Shown here piece after piece: positions 37,488-46,384 of a stretch of 64,000 nt of DNA. The DNA comes from Candidatus Bathyarchaeota archaeon (lineage in GTDB: Archaea; Thermoproteota; Bathyarchaeia; 40CM-2-53-6; RBG-13-38-9): the NCBI GenBank assembly GCA_026015185.1, contig JAOZGX010000103.1:2127-66126 (forward strand). The letters are read 5' to 3'. Positions within the stretch are counted from its first letter, which is position 1. The number at the start of each line of letters is the position of its first letter. Both the position numbers and the translations under genes were made by a program. Under the pieces are notes generated by a model that was not told where the DNA came from, ran no database searches, and was given only the letters and a program-made list of their open reading frames with translations.

Positions 37488-38510
37488 CTATTTTTTTATC
37501 AATTCTCTTTTGTCAAGTTCTTGTTTGATGATATCCAATACTCCGCGGCCTCTATAGGACCAAATCACAGCAACAACCACTATTCCCAGAAGTATCATCC
37601 AGTTAGAAGTCAATGATGCAAAGGAATCCTTCATGAGGATGTAAAGTGCAGCCCCAAGAAGCGGTCCAAAGAAAAGTTCCCTTCCACCTAGCAGAGTCAT
37701 TAGAAATACATCTCCAGATGCAAGCCAAGTTAGGTTCTCTAGACCAACATAATTAAGATGAAATGCATAGAGTGAGCCTGCAAGACCTGAGAAGAGTCCA
37801 GAAAACATGAAACTTGTAAGTTTATATCTCTGGACATCGTATCCGAGCAACATCATTCTCTGCTCATTCTCCCTTATCCCTTTGAGAACCTGTCCAAAGT
37901 GAGAGTTTGATATCTTTCTGGCAACAAAAATGGATATCAAAACTACCATCATAACGAAATAATACCAAGTAATAGGATTTCTCCATACAGCGCCATCAAT
38001 CCATAGAATTGATGGAGTTGGAATGTTTACAATTCCATCACCCCCTCCAGTCAAACCCCCGGGATTCTGGTAGAGAATAAAATAGAACAACTGCGCAAAC
38101 GCCAAAGTGATGAGTGCAAAGTAATGCCCGGGCCTTTTAAGCCCCAGAATTCCAACGAATAAAGCTGCCAACACAGCCAGAGCAGTTCCTGTGGCAAGCC
38201 CGCCCCAACCAAGCCAAAGTGGAATTATTGTTCTGACCCCATAGGGTCTCATAAGCCATAAAGCACAACCATAGCTTCCTAAGCCCCAGTATGCCGCGTG
38301 ACCAAAGGAACCAATTCCAGTCTGGCCAAGAAGAATATTAAATCCTATAGCAAACAAACCCCATATCAGAATATCGGTCGCTACAAACTTAGAAGATGTT
38401 AAATATGGAAAAACAATCAGTAGCAACAACAGAGTTAACATAGGGTATTTCATGAAATAACCAAGAAAGTCCCTTAGGTTCAACACAATCTCTCCTCTAC
38501 TTTTCTCCAA
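37488..38510 (-). CDS. livM: Branched-chain amino acid ABC transporter permease (LivM-like)
   Basis: About 9-TM permease with Gly-rich motifs. Overlaps the livH end. TAG stop. Confidence 0.8.
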   Translation of the reverse strand: MEKSRGEIVLNLRDFLGYFMKYPMLTLLLLLIVFPYLTSSKFVATDILIWGLFAIGFNILLGQTGIGSFGHAAYWGLGSYGCALWLMRPYGVRTIIPLWLGWGGLATGTALAVLAALFVGILGLKRPGHYFALITLAFAQLFYFILYQNPGGLTGGGDGIVNIPTPSILWIDGAVWRNPITWYYFVMMVVLISIFVARKISNSHFGQVLKGIRENEQRMMLLGYDVQRYKLTSFMFSGLFSGLAGSLYAFHLNYVGLENLTWLASGDVFLMTLLGGRELFFGPLLGAALYILMKDSFASLTSNWMILLGIVVVAVIWSYRGRGVLDIIKQELDKRELIKK

Positions 38511-39360
38511 AAAGACCTGCAGGCATGCCGACCAAAACTGCAGCCATGACTACGTAGATCATGACCTGACTTAACCTAGGCTCAAATAGAACTGGCAAGG
38601 TCATGGCTTGTCCAATAAGAATTCCAGCTACTAGAGCTCCACGGAGGCTTCCCAATCCCCCAACAACGACCACCACGAATCCAAGAATTAAAACCTCAAA
38701 ACCCATCTCAGGGTACACTCCAAGCAGTGGTGCAGTTGCCAAGCCAGCAATACCTGCGATAGCCGTACCCAATGCATAGGTCAGAGTAAATGTTCTGCCT
38801 ATGTTAAAACCCAAGACCTGGACCATTTCTCGATCTTGAATCCCAGCCCTTATCAATGTCCCAGATTTAGTCTTTTTCAGGAACAAAAAAATCCCGCCAG
38901 CAATTGCAAGCGAAAGAACGGTGATAAACAATCGGTATGCAGGATATTCAAATAAGAACAAATTCACTCTAAAATCTAATTCGGGCGGTGGAAAGAAGGG
39001 TTGGCCGTATTTTCCCCATATCATTCGGATAGACTCCAACATTATCAGAAGCAAACCAAAGTTAAGAAGAAGACCGGGTATTGGATCGGCGTATAGACGT
39101 CTAAGAAGCGTGGGCTCCACGATAAGGCCTAAAATTCCGCACAAGAATGCGACAAGGATTAAAGCTATCCAATAGTTACCTCCAGAAGCTATAACTTGGA
39201 ATGCTATGAATGCACCGAGCGCATAGTAGCCTCCATGAGCAAAATTGAGAATGCCCATTAATCCGAAAATCAGGCTTAGCCCCATAGAGATCAGTGCAAG
39301 CGCCAGACCCCAAACTAAACCGTTCATAACAGCAGATATTACTAAGGACAAGTCAACCAA
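38497..39360 (-). CDS. livH: Branched-chain amino acid ABC transporter permease (LivH-like)
   Basis: 8-TM permease, LNFAHGGYYALGAF motif. TAG stop. Confidence 0.8.
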   Translation of the reverse strand: MVDLSLVISAVMNGLVWGLALALISMGLSLIFGLMGILNFAHGGYYALGAFIAFQVIASGGNYWIALILVAFLCGILGLIVEPTLLRRLYADPIPGLLLNFGLLLIMLESIRMIWGKYGQPFFPPPELDFRVNLFLFEYPAYRLFITVLSLAIAGGIFLFLKKTKSGTLIRAGIQDREMVQVLGFNIGRTFTLTYALGTAIAGIAGLATAPLLGVYPEMGFEVLILGFVVVVVGGLGSLRGALVAGILIGQAMTLPVLFEPRLSQVMIYVVMAAVLVGMPAGLFGEK

Positions 39361-39509
39361 TTTTGTTCACAAATTCCCACTCAAGGTAAGAAGTATTTAA
39401 GAGTTAACCGTTTTAGCGTATACTATCAAGAAATTATCTACTTTCTAAAATCAATGAATACGCTTAGTTTAGATGGTATAATCAAAAATTAGCAATAACT
39501 TAGTATGCG

Positions 39510-40190
39510 TTATTTTCTCAACCTTCTTTGGACAGTCTCGCTCTCAAGTTCATTGATAGCATTGGAAGCGATCCAACGGGCGGTCTTAGAATTGATTTGT
39601 CGGATTTCCTTAGCAGCTTTGATAGCTGACTTATTCAGGTTGGGATTCCTTTTCCCAATATTCCTAAGCGCCCAGTTTACAGCCTTTTTTACAAAGTTGC
39701 GATCGTCTGTAGCTCCACTTTTTATTACAGGTAATAACTTGATGAATTTTTCGTCTTCTGCCTCTTTATCATGCCATGCAAGACATGCTATAAGCGCAAA
39801 TGCGGCCCTCTTAACGAATTCCTCTTCACGCTTTGGCCAATCGAGGATTTTCTTCCAAGCTAGAGGAGTTTTTTCAAATAGGTTCATACAAACCTGATCA
39901 CAAACATCCCATGAGTTGATGCCTTTGACCCAGTCCTCCATCTGTCTCTCTGTCAATTTCTGGTGCTCATCGATCATTGCAGCAACGATTCGTGCTTCAA
40001 TTATCCCAGTCTTCCATAATGCAAGTGCAAGCTTGTGATCCTCCCCTGTCTCTTTTGCAATCTTTCGCATTTCGGGGACCGATACTCCCAATCTTTGTTC
40101 AACTGCCATGCCAAATTTGGCCATACCTTTTAGTTGATTAGGTTTAGCCTTGTTCTTCAGTTTGTTTAGTATCTCTTCCACAGAAGTCAT
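39510..40190 (-). CDS. DNA alkylation repair enzyme family (AlkC/AlkD-like HEAT-repeat protein)
   Basis: All-helical protein with HEAT-like repeats, about 226 aa, containing W..D.CDQV. Moderate-confidence family call. Confidence 0.55.
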   Translation of the reverse strand: MTSVEEILNKLKNKAKPNQLKGMAKFGMAVEQRLGVSVPEMRKIAKETGEDHKLALALWKTGIIEARIVAAMIDEHQKLTERQMEDWVKGINSWDVCDQVCMNLFEKTPLAWKKILDWPKREEEFVKRAAFALIACLAWHDKEAEDEKFIKLLPVIKSGATDDRNFVKKAVNWALRNIGKRNPNLNKSAIKAAKEIRQINSKTARWIASNAINELESETVQRRLRK

Positions 40191-40407
40191 ATTTCATTTC
40201 CTCTATCTATTTATGCAGATTTTAAATTCATACTTATTATTTACAGGATTTACAGATTACTTTTCTTTTGAACAGACTTAAAGCGCAGGATTAACTAATC
40301 CGATTTTTCTTTTGTTATCTTCAATACGATAATTATTAGGTAATCCTAATTAGGTAAACCTAATAAGTAACCAAGTATATATAAGATTTTTCATGGGGTA
40401 GGTAAAA

Positions 40408-40833
40408 TTGAAGGAAGAAGCGGTAACCGAGAGTATTGAGAACTATTTGGAAGCTTTGTTGAGGGCTAACGAACAAGGCCAAGATTTAACCCAAATAAAA
40501 TGGATCGCTGAGTATCTTGAAGTAGCTCCTCCTAGCGTAGTAGAAATGTTGCGGAAGATGGAGAAAGAAAATTATGTTGAATATTTACCGAGGAAAGGAG
40601 TTAGACTTACCGGTAAAGGGAAAAAGATTGCAAAAGCGGTTATTCGCAATCATCGCCTTATAGAGGTCATGATGGAGAAAACACTTCATATACCTATAGA
40701 TCACGAAAGCGTTTGTGGAATAGAGCATCATATGTATAGAGATTTCACTAATGCATTATGCACTTTATTAAATCATCCTAGAAAATGCCCACACGGGGAA
40801 TTAATTCCTAAAGGTGAATGCTGTCCTAAATAA
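40408..40833 (+). CDS. DtxR/MntR-family metal-dependent transcriptional regulator with a C-terminal Cys tail
   Basis: wHTH IAEYLEVAPPSVVEMLRKMEKENYVEY and metal-site helix RNHRLIEVMM, plus CPHGELIPKGECCPK. Confidence 0.8.
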   Translation: MKEEAVTESIENYLEALLRANEQGQDLTQIKWIAEYLEVAPPSVVEMLRKMEKENYVEYLPRKGVRLTGKGKKIAKAVIRNHRLIEVMMEKTLHIPIDHESVCGIEHHMYRDFTNALCTLLNHPRKCPHGELIPKGECCPK

Positions 40834-40920
40834 AATAAATCACGGCATTAGTGCGCATTCCTCGTATACACATGAATCTTTATTAAATTCAAAATTTTCT
40901 AGAGTTCTTGGTTAAATAGT

Positions 40921-41898
40921 ATGCCCGGATTACAGAGGGTAATTTTAGGCAATCTGCCCCTGCTCGGTATAAGTTATCAAGGCACAGAGAAAGATAGAGA
41001 GTACAAGAAAAAATTCTCAGACAAAAACGAATTAAAACTTATTTTGCGAGTAGGTTTAAAACATAAAGTAAGAAATTTTTCAGCTTCTTCTTTTGATTTT
41101 AATGAACTCGCTCCTTTGCATCTTGAGGTGGTGAAGGAGCTAGAAAAAGAAGAGAATATAAAAATCCCTTTAATCGCATGCCAGGGGATTCCTATTAAGT
41201 TTCAAGGTCAGAGGATAGATGATTATCGGAGATGGGCTACACATCTAAAATATGAAACGAATGAGTTTGGACAAGAAGTCAAAACTAGATATTTGGAGGA
41301 TCCTATACTAAATTTCCGAACAAATTGGAGAGAAAATCTTAGCTCATCTAAGCCTTATGATAAAAAGGAAATTGAAAACAATCTCAGCATCAATTGGAGA
41401 CAATGGGAAGAAAACCTCCAAAAGTTCTCAGATTACGAAGTAGAATTCATGGAGCCAGGATCCGAAACAGATTTCCTAGCTTTATGCAGAATTGATTTAT
41501 TAGAGGAACTTGTCGATAGGACGCGTGAGTTAGGATATAGAATTCTATTGGGATCACATCATCTAGGATCTACTGCGTATATGATTAAAAGAAAGATAGA
41601 AGGTTACGATGGATTCGTTACTCCGGTGAATAAACTTGGCCTAATGATGTTTCCACTTCAAAGAAAAGCTGAAGAAGCAATTAAAGAAGTTAGAAAAGAT
41701 GGAAAATTAATAATTGCTGTAAAGCCTTTTGCTGGTGGTAGAATAGAACCGAAGGAAGCTCTCGAATACGTTTTTAATAAAATGAAAGTAGACTCTTGCA
41801 TGATTGGTGTTGGCTCGGTGGAAGAAGCAGAATTTGATATTCAAATAGCAGAAAAAATTCTCAAAGCCATCGATCAGATTGGTACAAAGACGCTGTAA
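40921..41898 (+). CDS. Hypothetical protein (C-terminal region vaguely TIM-barrel oxidoreductase-like)
   Basis: 325-aa ORF. No confident domain. LGSHHLGSTAYMI and IIAVKPFAGGRI are weakly aldo-keto-reductase-like. Confidence 0.45.
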   Translation: MPGLQRVILGNLPLLGISYQGTEKDREYKKKFSDKNELKLILRVGLKHKVRNFSASSFDFNELAPLHLEVVKELEKEENIKIPLIACQGIPIKFQGQRIDDYRRWATHLKYETNEFGQEVKTRYLEDPILNFRTNWRENLSSSKPYDKKEIENNLSINWRQWEENLQKFSDYEVEFMEPGSETDFLALCRIDLLEELVDRTRELGYRILLGSHHLGSTAYMIKRKIEGYDGFVTPVNKLGLMMFPLQRKAEEAIKEVRKDGKLIIAVKPFAGGRIEPKEALEYVFNKMKVDSCMIGVGSVEEAEFDIQIAEKILKAIDQIGTKTL

Positions 41899-41959
41899 AG
41901 CTTTGAATTTAAAAAGTAAGTTATCCCAAATAAGCTAACAGTATCAATTTTACATCCTT

Positions 41960-43012
41960 TTAAATTGGTGAGCCGCATGCATCTTCAAACGTCCCTACGC
42001 CGCTCCCTAAATCGCCTAAACTGATTACACTGCTTTCAGTTTTCAGATCAAATTCTTCAGGTATAACGGCATACTCTATGTAAACTTGTGAGCCCCCACC
42101 CTTTATAGTATAAAGTTTCTTAGCATAACTCGCCAAGACGATTTTAACATCTTTGTCATCATCACGTCCTTCAACAATCCATTGCCTTCCACTTTCTATC
42201 TTCTGTATTTTCAGTTTTGGATTGTCAAAATTGATTGTCTTATTATTCTTAAAATCTTGGAAAATTATAGATCTGTGAAAATATCTATTTGAATTTTTTC
42301 CAGCTTTAAGGCAAAAAAACGATATTGAAAATCCCCTCTGGAAAACTACCCTCCCCCAATGAAAATGGCCGAACGTTGTAACCCCAACCACCTTCTGTAT
42401 GTGCGCTGTCCCCCTGAATCTTTTTCCGAGCACAGTACCTTTAGCGTCTAGAAAAATATCCACCCAACCCATACCGAATGGGGGCATAAAAACACCGTAG
42501 GCATCTTTATTCATAATACCATTTAACCCGCCGATATCTAGGTCAATGATGTCACTCACCCTTAATCTATAACTTGGAAAATTGCCATTAAGCATCATTT
42601 TCCGCCCTGAAATAGTCGTAAATATCGTTTTTCTATCAGAATCCACTTTTGTGACAGCGTTCGTATCTCCCAAGTCATGAAGCCTCTCTCCATCATATAT
42701 CCAGCCAGTGGTAACTGCTTGAAACGTGTTTTCTTCTAACCACATGAGCGTCATCTCTTTATCATTGAACATTACATTTCCTCCATGTTTCCTAAATACC
42801 AATAACATAAATTGAATCGGTTTTTCTCCATCTCGACCAGAGAAATGAAGCCACCAATACTCCTTTCCTAGAGGGGGCAACAGTTCAGCATTATACATCA
42901 CTCTATCTAACACCGACGCATCTATGTCTGAGCCGTTTATGGATGAAAGTTTTCTAATGAGAGAATAAGTTCCTCCAATTTTCCACATCGTTTTGTATAA
43001 TTGACGGATCAT
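41960..43012 (-). CDS. Hypothetical protein, no recognised domain
   Basis: 350-aa soluble ORF. GC palindrome 53 nt upstream. Confidence 0.45.
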   Translation of the reverse strand: MIRQLYKTMWKIGGTYSLIRKLSSINGSDIDASVLDRVMYNAELLPPLGKEYWWLHFSGRDGEKPIQFMLLVFRKHGGNVMFNDKEMTLMWLEENTFQAVTTGWIYDGERLHDLGDTNAVTKVDSDRKTIFTTISGRKMMLNGNFPSYRLRVSDIIDLDIGGLNGIMNKDAYGVFMPPFGMGWVDIFLDAKGTVLGKRFRGTAHIQKVVGVTTFGHFHWGRVVFQRGFSISFFCLKAGKNSNRYFHRSIIFQDFKNNKTINFDNPKLKIQKIESGRQWIVEGRDDDKDVKIVLASYAKKLYTIKGGGSQVYIEYAVIPEEFDLKTESSVISLGDLGSGVGTFEDACGSPI

Positions 43013-43064
43013 CAGATTATCACATCGTTGTTTATTTCATCTTTTCAGGTATGGGTAACCAAGC

Positions 43065-43076
43065 TAGCGCGCGCTA
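43065..43076. promoter_or_regulatory. Perfect palindrome TAGCGCGCGCTA, 53 nt upstream of 41960..43012 and adjacent to CTTGGTTACCC
   Basis: Read directly. Confidence 0.4.
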
Positions 43077-43199
43077 TTTATTAGAAATTAAGAATAAAAT
43101 TAAAAGAAGTAAATTCTATCATACAAAGAAGTTATTTGACGAATTAGGTGCTTAAGTTAGTTCATCCTAAATAAGTTAACAGTATCCTTATGAGCTACC

Positions 43200-44048
43200 T
43201 TATTCTTTAAGTATTATAGTTCCTCCAAGCTTGCTAATTTTGGATTCTAACTCTTCTTGAGCTGTTTTGATCTTTTCTTCTAAGAAATCTTTGCTCTTAT
43301 CAAAACATTGCGGATCATTGGGAGTAGTCAAGTGAAATTCAACGATAGAATCAGATTCATCCTGTTTCGGATGTGATTTTATATAAACGTAAGGACTACT
43401 TTTCTTCATAACTTCTTCAATTGCAGGTGCCATTGAACTTTCACCGATGCCTTTTACGAAAAAATTAGATTCTGCAAAATAACGCTTTCCAACTTCTTTT
43501 ACAATTTCGCTTTTTACACTTTCCTCAAATATCGCTTTTAACTCACTTTGGACTCCAGGTAGGCATATAACATTCGTAATTTCCTTTTTCAAAAGCACAC
43601 CGGGCGCAGATCCTACAGGATTCGGTAATGGTATCGAACCTGATGGAAGATTCGCCATTTTTTTTCTTGCAGGTGTGATTGTAGGATCACCTAAACGTTT
43701 TTTTTCATAAAGCTCTTGATATTTATGGGTTATCCATGAAAGTGCAGTTTTGTTGATTCCTAATGGTTTGTCTATGGCTAATGATAAACCCTCAAGAGTC
43801 ATGTCATCGTAAGTGGGACCCAAACCACCTGAGATTATGAGAAATCTAGGAGAACGATTTAGAATCTCCTTTATCACGCTAGAGATCTCTTCAAGAACAT
43901 CTCTAACAACATTAATTCTTGAACATGTTCCTCCCAATAGTGTAATTTGACGTGTAAGCCACTGGCTATTCATATTCAAAATTTTTCCTATTAATAATTC
44001 ATTGCCTATGAACAACAGTTCAAATTTTACATCTTTGTTTGTCGGCAA
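43200..44048 (-). CDS. CinA-like molybdopterin-binding domain protein
   Basis: FIGNELLIGKILNMNSQWL ... ISGGLGPTYDDMT is the CinA/MoCF-binding domain signature. Confidence 0.7.
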   Translation of the reverse strand: MPTNKDVKFELLFIGNELLIGKILNMNSQWLTRQITLLGGTCSRINVVRDVLEEISSVIKEILNRSPRFLIISGGLGPTYDDMTLEGLSLAIDKPLGINKTALSWITHKYQELYEKKRLGDPTITPARKKMANLPSGSIPLPNPVGSAPGVLLKKEITNVICLPGVQSELKAIFEESVKSEIVKEVGKRYFAESNFFVKGIGESSMAPAIEEVMKKSSPYVYIKSHPKQDESDSIVEFHLTTPNDPQCFDKSKDFLEEKIKTAQEELESKISKLGGTIILKE

Positions 44049-44129
44049 TATTTCTCATCTTCAACTGGCTTGAGAGAGAATAATAATCAAAAAGCTATTT
44101 AAATTCAAAGAAAGGCCTTTTTAATTGAT

Positions 44130-44609
44130 ATGTCCTCGGTATCTGAACTGATATCCTACGCTAATGAAATAGCAACGAAAATGGGTTTGCATAAATCTCT
44201 TGATATCGAAGTTGATTCGAGATTTGGCTTTAATTATTATAGTAATACAAAAGAATTTCATAGAATTAGATTAACGGATTTTAATAAATCAGAACTTTTA
44301 CATGAGCTTGGTCATGCTTACATGTCCGAAAAGTTAACCAAACTTTATAGAATCTTTGAAAAAGTAATGAAGGCATTAAACATTCTCGCTGCAAGGTATG
44401 GCGAAGTTGGTGATTTTGTAAGTAATGTGATTTATAGTATTATTTTGTTTTTGTATTTTCTATTTGGAATCTTTATTGCATTTGAAAATAGTTCACCGGC
44501 AATTTTATTACCATTAATGATATTTGGAATAATTTTAATTATCCCTGTTATTGATGAGTTACTAGCTACGTATTTTGGAAATAAATTCAAGGCGCAAAAA
44601 AGAAAATGA
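44130..44609 (+). CDS. HExxH-motif membrane protein (putative small Zn-metallopeptidase-like)
   Basis: SELLHELGHAYM plus C-terminal TM helices. First gene of a 5-gene overlapping + strand run. Confidence 0.4.
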   Translation: MSSVSELISYANEIATKMGLHKSLDIEVDSRFGFNYYSNTKEFHRIRLTDFNKSELLHELGHAYMSEKLTKLYRIFEKVMKALNILAARYGEVGDFVSNVIYSIILFLYFLFGIFIAFENSSPAILLPLMIFGIILIIPVIDELLATYFGNKFKAQKRK

Positions 44610-44923
44610 ATGATTCTTCATGGGTTTTTGCGATTGAAGAAGATAAGTTAATTGAAGATAGCATGCATGTTGCCTTCCCAAAGGGGATACCAATTATCCT
44701 TATAAAAAAAGAAGGCAAGATTTATGCTGTTTCGAATAAATGCGCTCATATGGCTTGTCCACTTTCAGGAGGGACTCTTGTAGATCATACTCTAACGTGC
44801 CCATGTCATGATTGGAAGTATGACATAAGAACAGGCGAATTTCTTCACGCAAAAGAAATAAAAATACCTATCTATCAATGGAAACTAGATAAAGGCAAAA
44901 TATTTGTAAAAATTGAAGGTTGA
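44606..44923 (+). CDS. Rieske [2Fe-2S] domain protein
   Basis: CAHMACPLSGG ... CPCHDWKY (CxH...CxxH). ATGA overlap with the upstream gene. Confidence 0.75.
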   Translation: MNDSSWVFAIEEDKLIEDSMHVAFPKGIPIILIKKEGKIYAVSNKCAHMACPLSGGTLVDHTLTCPCHDWKYDIRTGEFLHAKEIKIPIYQWKLDKGKIFVKIEG

Positions 44924-45176
44924 AAATATGGTAAAAGTAGTTATGTATACTCTAAGTACTTGCCCTTGGTGTAGGAAAACAAAGCAATTCTTTACCGATA
45001 AAAAGATCCCTTTCGACTTCATAGATTACGATTTGGCAGATGAGAAGGAACAAGAGAGGATAAAGAGTGAAATGTCGAAGTACGGCGGCTCAATAGCTTT
45101 TCCATTTGTAATAATTGGAGAAGAGGCTATTGTTGGATATAACCCTGAGAACTATGCAGAGTTATTGGGGTTGTAG
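44913..45176 (+). CDS. Glutaredoxin-like (NrdH/Grx family) protein
   Basis: CPWC active site in a thioredoxin-fold context (VVMYTLSTCPWCRKTKQFF). TAG stop. Confidence 0.75.
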   Translation: MKVENMVKVVMYTLSTCPWCRKTKQFFTDKKIPFDFIDYDLADEKEQERIKSEMSKYGGSIAFPFVIIGEEAIVGYNPENYAELLGL

Positions 45177-45190
45177 AAAGGAAAATAAAG

Positions 45191-45526
45191 ATGAATGTTG
45201 AATCAAGAAAAAAGGCTCTAAGATATCTGTTTCAAAGAGTAATAGATCCTTTGGGCTACAAATTTAGTCCGGATCAGGAGATAGTTGATTTCCTGCTTGA
45301 ACAAGAGGTATCCTTGGAGCAGAAACATGGAATTCCATTCTGCCCTTGTCAGGGCCTAGCAAATAATCGAGAACAAGATATGAAGATAGTATGCCCTTGC
45401 ATTCCGTATCACAGAGAACATTTTGATGCTATGAAACGATGTTGGTGCGGATTATACGTACACAAGGACGTTACTGATCCTGATAAACTTAGACAAATTC
45501 CTGCTAGTGAGTTCGAAAGTGGTTAA
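45191..45526 (+). CDS. Ferredoxin:thioredoxin reductase catalytic-subunit-like protein
   Basis: CPC-x15-CPC-x14-CWC matches the FTR catalytic CPC...CPC...CHC arrangement, with His replaced by Trp. Confidence 0.65.
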   Translation: MNVESRKKALRYLFQRVIDPLGYKFSPDQEIVDFLLEQEVSLEQKHGIPFCPCQGLANNREQDMKIVCPCIPYHREHFDAMKRCWCGLYVHKDVTDPDKLRQIPASEFESG

Positions 45527-45923
45527 AATGTTCACTGAAGTAGCGAAAGTTAGCGAAATATTCCCTGGTGGAATGAAAGCTGTTGCTTCAAATGGGAAAG
45601 AAATTTTGCTATGCAATTTTGAGGGCAAGATATATGCTGTGGAGAAAAGATGCGGTCATATGAACGCCCCATTAAATCTCGGCACCCTTGAAGGATATAT
45701 TATAACTTGCCCAATGCATCATGTTCAGTTTGACATGAATACAGGTGAAGCATTAAGCCTTCCCATCCCTCATTATTTCGGAAAAGAACCGATGCCTGAT
45801 AAAGTTGATGAGTTTTTCAAATATAGAGGAGAGCTGAGCAAGCACATTAAAGTTCGAAATCTTAAGACATACCCTGTCAAAATAGATGGAGACACTATAA
45901 AGATAGATACTAAGACTTGTTAA
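45507..45923 (+). CDS. Rieske [2Fe-2S] domain protein (second copy)
   Basis: CGHMNAPLNLG ... CPMHHVQF. Confidence 0.75.
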   Translation: MSSKVVKMFTEVAKVSEIFPGGMKAVASNGKEILLCNFEGKIYAVEKRCGHMNAPLNLGTLEGYIITCPMHHVQFDMNTGEALSLPIPHYFGKEPMPDKVDEFFKYRGELSKHIKVRNLKTYPVKIDGDTIKIDTKTC

Positions 45924-45930
45924 CTAAAAA

Positions 45931-46341
45931 TCAAGTTCGCTCATTTAGGAATTTTAAAATTTTTTCATGTATTAAATTGCGTATTCTTCTAAAATTCTCT
46001 TTTGATGTCATGTAAGGATCCTTGATATCCCAGACAATTATTTTTTCTTTATTGTTGGATGGTAGGTTCATAAAATCATTCTCAATAGAGCCATCCAGCA
46101 AAATAACCTTATCAGCCCAATTCAGCAAGTCTTGAGTGACTCCTTTTGGCTTATGATTGGTAATATTGATTCCTAATTCACGCATGATCTCTACAGAACC
46201 ATCTATAACATGCGTATATGGTTTTACTCCAGCACTTTTTGCTTCATCATGATTATTGTTCTTTTTTGATTCAAAATTGAATAATCCTTCAGCCATTGGA
46301 CTTCTGCAAGCGTTGCCTATACAAACAAATAATACTTTCAA
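45931..46341 (-). CDS. Low-molecular-weight protein-tyrosine-phosphatase family / ArsC-type arsenate reductase
   Basis: P-loop VLFVCIGNACRS (CX5R) with downstream Cys residues, typical of thioredoxin-coupled ArsC. Confidence 0.7.
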   Translation of the reverse strand: MKVLFVCIGNACRSPMAEGLFNFESKKNNNHDEAKSAGVKPYTHVIDGSVEIMRELGINITNHKPKGVTQDLLNWADKVILLDGSIENDFMNLPSNNKEKIIVWDIKDPYMTSKENFRRIRNLIHEKILKFLNERT

Positions 46342-46384
46342 TATTTCTCACTGATAGAGAAGTTGCTCTTGACTTAATCGTGGG

